DNA of 42,689 bases from a bacterium (GTDB lineage Bacteria; Verrucomicrobiota; Verrucomicrobiia; Limisphaerales; J093). The notes beneath the pieces were generated by a model that was not told where the DNA came from, did no database searches, and worked only from the letters and a program-made list of their open reading frames with translations. This document shows positions 38,083 to 42,689 of the stretch, piece by piece. The stretch spans positions 1 to 42,689 of the forward strand of contig JAJXZJ010000003.1 in the NCBI GenBank assembly GCA_021780105.1. Reading direction: 5' to 3'. The position numbers and the translations under genes were made by a program. How positions within the stretch are numbered: position 1 is the first letter of the stretch; every line of letters begins with the position of its first letter.

Positions 38083-39021
38083 TCAGTACTCCCACTGCCG
38101 GTTCATCACCGGCCGGAGGATTTCCTGGACCGCGGCCAGCAGGTCGGTATCGCAGGCTTCCTCGTGCCATTGAAGGTTCAGCCGCACCGCCTCCGGGTTG
38201 GCCGAGCTGAACAAGGTGGTGGGAATGTCCGGATGCCGGCTCGAGAACTGGAACGCCAGCTTGCTGATGGGCGTGCCGCGCTGCCGGCAAAATTCCGCCG
38301 CCCGGCGGAAGACCGCACGGTCTGCTGGTGAGGCCGGATGCCAGTCCGCGGGGCCGCGATCCGTCAACAGACCGCTGCCGAACGGCGAGCCGTTGATGAT
38401 CCCCACGCGCTTCTGCCGGGCAATGGGCAGCAGCTCAAGCAGCCGCGTGTCGTTCAGACAGTAATGGTTGTGAACCAACGCCGCGTCCACGTCATAATCG
38501 TCGAGGATGCGGTGCCACAGGTCCATCGGATAAATGCCGAAGCTGACGGCGCCGATCCGGCCTTCACGTTTGAGTTCGTGAAGGGTCTCGATCCCCTCCG
38601 TCAACGCCCACCCGGCGTGTCGCCGCCCCTGGTATTCGATGTCATGGAGATGAACGATGTCGAAGTAGTCTGTCCCCAGCCTTTGGGCACTCTCATCCAG
38701 CGAGGCACGGAGACGCGCGCGGGAGTAGTCCAGAGTATCGTTTCCATAGCGACCTGGCGCGGTGTATTTGCCGGCCTTGGTGGAGAGAAAGAACCGATCA
38801 CGGGCGATGCCGTGAAGCGCTTTGCCGAGAACCGTCTCCGAGCGCGTCGCGCCATACGCCGGCGCCACGTCGAAGTAATTGATGCCGCCGTCCAGGGCGG
38901 CATGAACGGCGTGGATGGCAACGGCCTCGTCCACCTCGTGAAAGACGCCCCCAAGCGAAGAGGCGCCGAAACTGAGACTCGAAACTTCCAAACCGGTTTT
39001 GCCAAGGAGATTGTATTTCAT
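38083..39021 (-). CDS. aldo/keto reductase (AKR) family oxidoreductase, aldose 1-dehydrogenase-like
   Basis: MKYNLLGKTGLEVSSLSFGASSLGG...NYFDVAPAYG...LSTKAG...IVHLHD are classic AKR motifs. Confidence 0.8.
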   Translation of the reverse strand: MKYNLLGKTGLEVSSLSFGASSLGGVFHEVDEAVAIHAVHAALDGGINYFDVAPAYGATRSETVLGKALHGIARDRFFLSTKAGKYTAPGRYGNDTLDYSRARLRASLDESAQRLGTDYFDIVHLHDIEYQGRRHAGWALTEGIETLHELKREGRIGAVSFGIYPMDLWHRILDDYDVDAALVHNHYCLNDTRLLELLPIARQKRVGIINGSPFGSGLLTDRGPADWHPASPADRAVFRRAAEFCRQRGTPISKLAFQFSSRHPDIPTTLFSSANPEAVRLNLQWHEEACDTDLLAAVQEILRPVMNRQWEY

Positions 39022-39061
39022 GCCACAAAAGGAAAATCGTCTTGCACCCTTTGCCCCATGA

Positions 39062-40756
39062 TCAACGGAGGAGATAATACAGGGCTCCAATTATCGTGAG
39101 CAGGATCAACGTAACCACGCGGGGATCGCCGGCACCGGTCAACCGGCCCTTCAGGAACGCCAGCGGATGCTCCCAGCAAACCTTCGCGGCCGCCTGCGGG
39201 TCCATGGCCGGCGTGAACTGGCTGGTCACGACATAAATGACGACGCACAGCACGGCGATCAGCGGGCCCACGAGCATGAACGGAATGCCCAAGCCCTGTG
39301 TGGGGTCCGTCACCAGCCCGCCAAAACCTGCCTGCGCCCGGCCACCCAGAAACATTCGGCCGACGCCGGGCAGGTCGAGCACGAAGTAAATCACGCCGAT
39401 GAGCGTGCCGGCATACAGAGTGGTCATTGCCGCCTGCCAGGTGCCGCGTTTCCACATCACGCCCAACACGAAGACCGTCGTCACCGCCGGCGCGAACGTC
39501 ATGGGAATCTTGTTGACCGCCTCGAAGATCGTGCCGAACTGGTCGCCCTGGGTTGACCAGAGCATCGCCAGCACCATGATGCCGGCGGTGGTGAAGCGGC
39601 CCACGGTTACCACGCGCTCGTCGGGCATTTCCGGCCGCAGGCGTTTCACGATGTCCATCGAGATGAGCGTGGCGCAACTGTTCAATGCCGCGGCCATGCA
39701 GCTCATCAACGCCGCCGCCATGCAGGCGGCCAGCAGACCTTTGAGGCCGACGGGCACCAGATGGTTGATCAACGCCGGCAGCATCATGTTGTAATCCGGG
39801 CTGCTGGCGCCCGCCACGGTCTGCAATTGAAAGGCCCCCTTCTGCCACAGCACGTAGCCGATCACGCCCGGGAAGACCATCAGAAACACGGGCGAGATCT
39901 TCAGAAAACCAGCGAACAGCGCGCCATTCTGGCCGGCACGCAGGTTCTTTGCGCCCAGGACGCGCTGCACGTGTGTCTGGTCGGCGCACCAATACCAGAC
40001 GCCGAGAATCGGATAGCCCAGCAGCACGCCCAGCCAGGAGAACGGGTTCAGATGACCCTGCGCATTGACGATGGGTTGCAGCATGTGCAATTGCCCCGGC
40101 ATCACCGCCGCCTCGAACGTGGCCAGGTCATGCACGCCGACCGACGGCAGGGCGCGCAGTCCCAGCACGGTGACGAGCATCGCGCCGCCCAGCAAAAGAC
40201 ACACCTGGATGCTTTCCGTCATGACGACCGCCTTCAATCCACCGAGTGCGGTGTAGGTGACGGTGAAAATTGAGAGCACGATGATCGTGGTGATCATGGG
40301 CACACCGAGGAAACTCTCAAACACCTTCGCCGCGGCGAACAGGCTGATGCCGATGTGAATCAGCAGAGCGCCGATCAGGCCGATGAACGCCAGGAACGTT
40401 CGCGCCGCCGGGCAGTAGCGTCGCTCCATGAACTCCGGCAGCGTGCGCACGCCCGAGTTAATGTAAAAGGGCGCGAACACCAGCGCCAGCAGCGCCAGCG
40501 TGAAACACGCCATCCATTCGAAGTTGCCGATCACCATGCCGTCCTTGGCGCCGCTCGCGGCCAGGCCGACCAGGTGCAGCGTGGATATGTTGGAGGTGAA
40601 GACCGCGGCGCCCACCGTGAACCAGCCCAGCGACTTGTTGGCCAGGAAGTATTGGTTCGTCGAAGCGTGTCGGCGGAAACCGGCCCAAATGCCAAACGCG
40701 GTGATGCCGACCAGATAAACCACGATGACGACCACGTCGAGGGTTGAGAGGTTCAT
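39062..40756 (-). CDS. sodium:solute symporter (SSS family) transporter
   Basis: 564 aa with ~13 TM helices and an SSS-type N-terminus (MNLSTLDVVVIVVYLVGITAFGIWAG...NQYFLANKSLGWFTVGAAVFTSNIST). Confidence 0.85.
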   Translation of the reverse strand: MNLSTLDVVVIVVYLVGITAFGIWAGFRRHASTNQYFLANKSLGWFTVGAAVFTSNISTLHLVGLAASGAKDGMVIGNFEWMACFTLALLALVFAPFYINSGVRTLPEFMERRYCPAARTFLAFIGLIGALLIHIGISLFAAAKVFESFLGVPMITTIIVLSIFTVTYTALGGLKAVVMTESIQVCLLLGGAMLVTVLGLRALPSVGVHDLATFEAAVMPGQLHMLQPIVNAQGHLNPFSWLGVLLGYPILGVWYWCADQTHVQRVLGAKNLRAGQNGALFAGFLKISPVFLMVFPGVIGYVLWQKGAFQLQTVAGASSPDYNMMLPALINHLVPVGLKGLLAACMAAALMSCMAAALNSCATLISMDIVKRLRPEMPDERVVTVGRFTTAGIMVLAMLWSTQGDQFGTIFEAVNKIPMTFAPAVTTVFVLGVMWKRGTWQAAMTTLYAGTLIGVIYFVLDLPGVGRMFLGGRAQAGFGGLVTDPTQGLGIPFMLVGPLIAVLCVVIYVVTSQFTPAMDPQAAAKVCWEHPLAFLKGRLTGAGDPRVVTLILLTIIGALYYLLR

Positions 40757-40764
40757 GGTTCCGG

Positions 40765-41817
40765 TTAGCTAATTGTGACCTGCGCCTTCAGCGTCCGGGC
40801 CTTGTCCGCAGCCACGGCCATCGCCTGTGAAATCTCCGCCAGCGGAAGGACGCTTGTGATGAGCGACGGGAGCTTCAACCGCCCGGCCGCGACCAAGCGA
40901 ATGGCGTCGTCGAAGACGTTTGCATACCGGAACGAGCCGAGCAGTTGAATTTCGCGAACCATGAGTTGGTTGGCCGGCAGCGGAACGTCCTCCGTGCCGA
41001 GCGTGCCAATCTGCACGATCACGCCGCCAGGTCGAACCAGGTCGAAGGCGCATCGCAAGGCCGGTGGCGCGCCTGAAGCCTCGAAGACCACGTCGAAGCC
41101 GGCGCCGGCGAGTTCGCGAACCCGGTCGAGCAACTCCTTCGCCGCCGGGTCCAGCGCCGCGTCCGCACCCAGCGCCAAGGCGTGCTGCCGTCGCTCCGCG
41201 ACCACGTCTCCCAGCACCACTGGCACCGCGCCGAACGCGCGCGCCGTCTGCAGCGCCAGCAGTCCGATCGGGCCGCCGCCCAGAACCAACACACGCCGGC
41301 CGGCCACCGAGCCCGCCCGCTTGACGGCGTGAACCGCCACCGCGAGCGGTTCGATCATCGCGCCGACTCCGTCATCCAGTTCCGCCGGCAGCGGGTGACA
41401 CTGGTCGGCGCGCACCGTCGCATACTCCGCAAAGGCACCGTCGGTCGGCGGCTCGGTGCTCGCGCTGCCGAGCATGATCGTCTGGCGGCACAGATTTCCC
41501 CGTCCGTTTTTACAGTTGTCGCAGAAGCCGCAGGCGCGGGCGGGATTGACCGTGACCCGCGTGCCAACGGCCGGGGCCACGACGCCCGCGCCGGTTTCCA
41601 CGACGTCCGCGGTCAATTCATGGCCGAGGATGAACGGCTGCGTCGGCACAAACGCACCGCAAAAACCGTGCGCGAAGTAGTGAAGGTCCGAGCCGCAGAT
41701 GCCAGCCCGGCGGACCCGCAGGCGCACCATTCCGGGGCGCAATTCCGGCAGCGGGCGGGGCTGTAGTCGGATGTCCTTGGCGCCGTGCAACACGGCGGCG
41801 AGCATGGTGCGGTTCAT
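40765..41817 (-). CDS. zinc-dependent medium-chain alcohol/polyol dehydrogenase (sorbitol/idonate-DH-like)
   Basis: Internal start MNRTMLAAVLHGAKDIRLQ...GICGSDLHYF...GHE...CGFCDNCKNGRGNLC...VLGGGPIGL. 350 aa. Its start ATG overlaps the stop of the amidohydrolase gene (ATGA). Confidence 0.8.
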   Translation of the reverse strand: MNRTMLAAVLHGAKDIRLQPRPLPELRPGMVRLRVRRAGICGSDLHYFAHGFCGAFVPTQPFILGHELTADVVETGAGVVAPAVGTRVTVNPARACGFCDNCKNGRGNLCRQTIMLGSASTEPPTDGAFAEYATVRADQCHPLPAELDDGVGAMIEPLAVAVHAVKRAGSVAGRRVLVLGGGPIGLLALQTARAFGAVPVVLGDVVAERRQHALALGADAALDPAAKELLDRVRELAGAGFDVVFEASGAPPALRCAFDLVRPGGVIVQIGTLGTEDVPLPANQLMVREIQLLGSFRYANVFDDAIRLVAAGRLKLPSLITSVLPLAEISQAMAVAADKARTLKAQVTIS

Positions 41818-42689
41818 GGCTGGTGTGGTGACGTGGTTGGTTCGAGGCCGTAAAAGCGGGCGCAGTTTCCGCCGAGGATGCCATCGCGGACCGTGGCGGG
41901 GAACTGCTGAACGTAGTCCGTGACAACGCCCATCGTGGAAGCGTAATCGCCGGACAAGGTGCAAACCGGCCAGTCGGAGCCAATCATCACGCGGTCCGTG
42001 CCAAAGGCGCCAAGGACGATGTCGAGGTGGCGATGGAAATCCTCCGGCCGCCATTGTTTCCACCGTGCTTCGGTGACCATGCCCGAGAGTTTGCAAAACA
42101 CGTTCGGGAATTCGGCCAGCCGCGCGAGGTCCTCCTTCCAGGGCGAAATGGCGCCTTCGCAAATGGCCGGCTTGGCAATGTGGTCCAGCACGAAGGGCTG
42201 GTTCGGAAACTCGCCGACCAGTTTGACGGCCACCGGCAAATGTCGCGGAAACACAAGCAGGTCGTAAGTCAGGCCGAAGTCCCGCAGTTGGGCGATGCCG
42301 CGGCGAAACTCCGGCCGCAGCATAAAGTCGTCGGGTTCGTCGTGGACGACGTGACGGACGCCGACGAGTTTCCGGTGCGTCGCATAGTTCTCCAACTGCT
42401 CGCCCAGTTTCACTGAGCGCAGGTCCACCCAACCCACGACACCTCGGATGAACTCGAACTCGTCGGAGAGTCCCAGCAGCCACTCCGTCTCTTTCACCAT
42501 CTGCCGGGCCTGCACAGCGACGCTGCCGTCGAATCCAATCGCCTTCAGCAGCGGCGCCAGCCCGGCCGGCAAATAATCGCGCTTCAACACCTCCATCCGC
42601 TCGGTCATCCATACTTGGTGCGCCGGATGGTGGTTCCAGAAATGCTGATGCGAGTCGAGCCGTAGTTGCCGGTCTGGCGTGTTGAGAGG
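41814..42689 (-). CDS. amidohydrolase-2 family protein (sugar-lactonase-like), 5' end beyond window
   Basis: The reading frame continues upstream of the track's M (42608) to the window edge. It encodes ...LRLDSHQHFWNHHPAHQVWMTERMEVL..., i.e. the hallmark amidohydrolase-2 DxHxHFW motif, with ...MIGSDWP toward the C-terminus. Confidence 0.75.
   Translation of the reverse strand, partial: PLNTPDRQLRLDSHQHFWNHHPAHQVWMTERMEVLKRDYLPAGLAPLLKAIGFDGSVAVQARQMVKETEWLLGLSDEFEFIRGVVGWVDLRSVKLGEQLENYATHRKLVGVRHVVHDEPDDFMLRPEFRRGIAQLRDFGLTYDLLVFPRHLPVAVKLVGEFPNQPFVLDHIAKPAICEGAISPWKEDLARLAEFPNVFCKLSGMVTEARWKQWRPEDFHRHLDIVLGAFGTDRVMIGSDWPVCTLSGDYASTMGVVTDYVQQFPATVRDGILGGNCARFYGLEPTTSPHQP

Noticed and set aside
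40765-42612. 615-aa - strand ORF taken as a single gene
   Set aside because: Only its C-terminal 350 aa (from MNRTMLAAVLHG) is the Zn-ADH. The N-terminal 265 aa is the out-of-frame overlap with the amidohydrolase-2 gene, which has its own clear motifs in another frame.
1-42689. CRISPR array, integrase, transposase or phage genes
   Set aside because: I looked for regularly spaced direct repeats and for recombinase or transposase-like ORFs and found none. The only repeats are the two short tandem repeats listed.

Overview
This is a high-GC (~65-70%) chromosomal segment from a free-living bacterium. Gene content suggests the Planctomycetes-Verrucomicrobia group: a DUF1080 protein, a TAT-exported Gfo/Idh/MocA oxidoreductase, a NamZ-fusion protein and many secreted carbohydrate enzymes. 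Coding density is high and there is no sign of phage, integrase, CRISPR or transposon. Because of the GC content the antisense frames are largely free of stops, so many long ORFs in the track are mirror or alternative frames of real genes; those are listed under rejected. I support about 35 protein genes. They include rhaT, an SDR epimerase, a DUF1080 protein, mnmG, a Gfo/Idh/MocA oxidoreductase, a peroxiredoxin, an RlmI-like methyltransferase, a large secreted (alpha/alpha)6 glycoside-hydrolase-like protein and mtnA. There is a TetR-MFP-RND efflux operon, then thiM, a beta-carbonic anhydrase, an NfeD-flotillin-zinc-ribbon operon, dnaN, a cysteine desulfurase and a eukaryote-type hisA. The far end holds a serine-hydrolase/NamZ fusion and a sugar-catabolic cluster (SSS transporter, AKR, Zn-ADH, amidohydrolase-2) that runs off the window. 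The most unusual locus is at 7.75-11.65 kb. A two-gene AmmeMemoRadiSam operon (radical SAM enzyme plus Memo-like protein B, with no AMMECR1 protein A in the window) is transcribed divergently from a translationally coupled pair. That pair encodes a PduS-like Fe-S flavoprotein and a PduT-like tandem-BMC shell protein with the conserved Fe-S cysteine. No other microcompartment shell or core genes occur anywhere in the 42.7 kb. I read this as a possible dedicated electron-delivery module for the radical SAM system; that is inference. Coordinates for internal start codons were calculated from the supplied ORF track and may be off by a few codons. No rRNA or tRNA was recognised.
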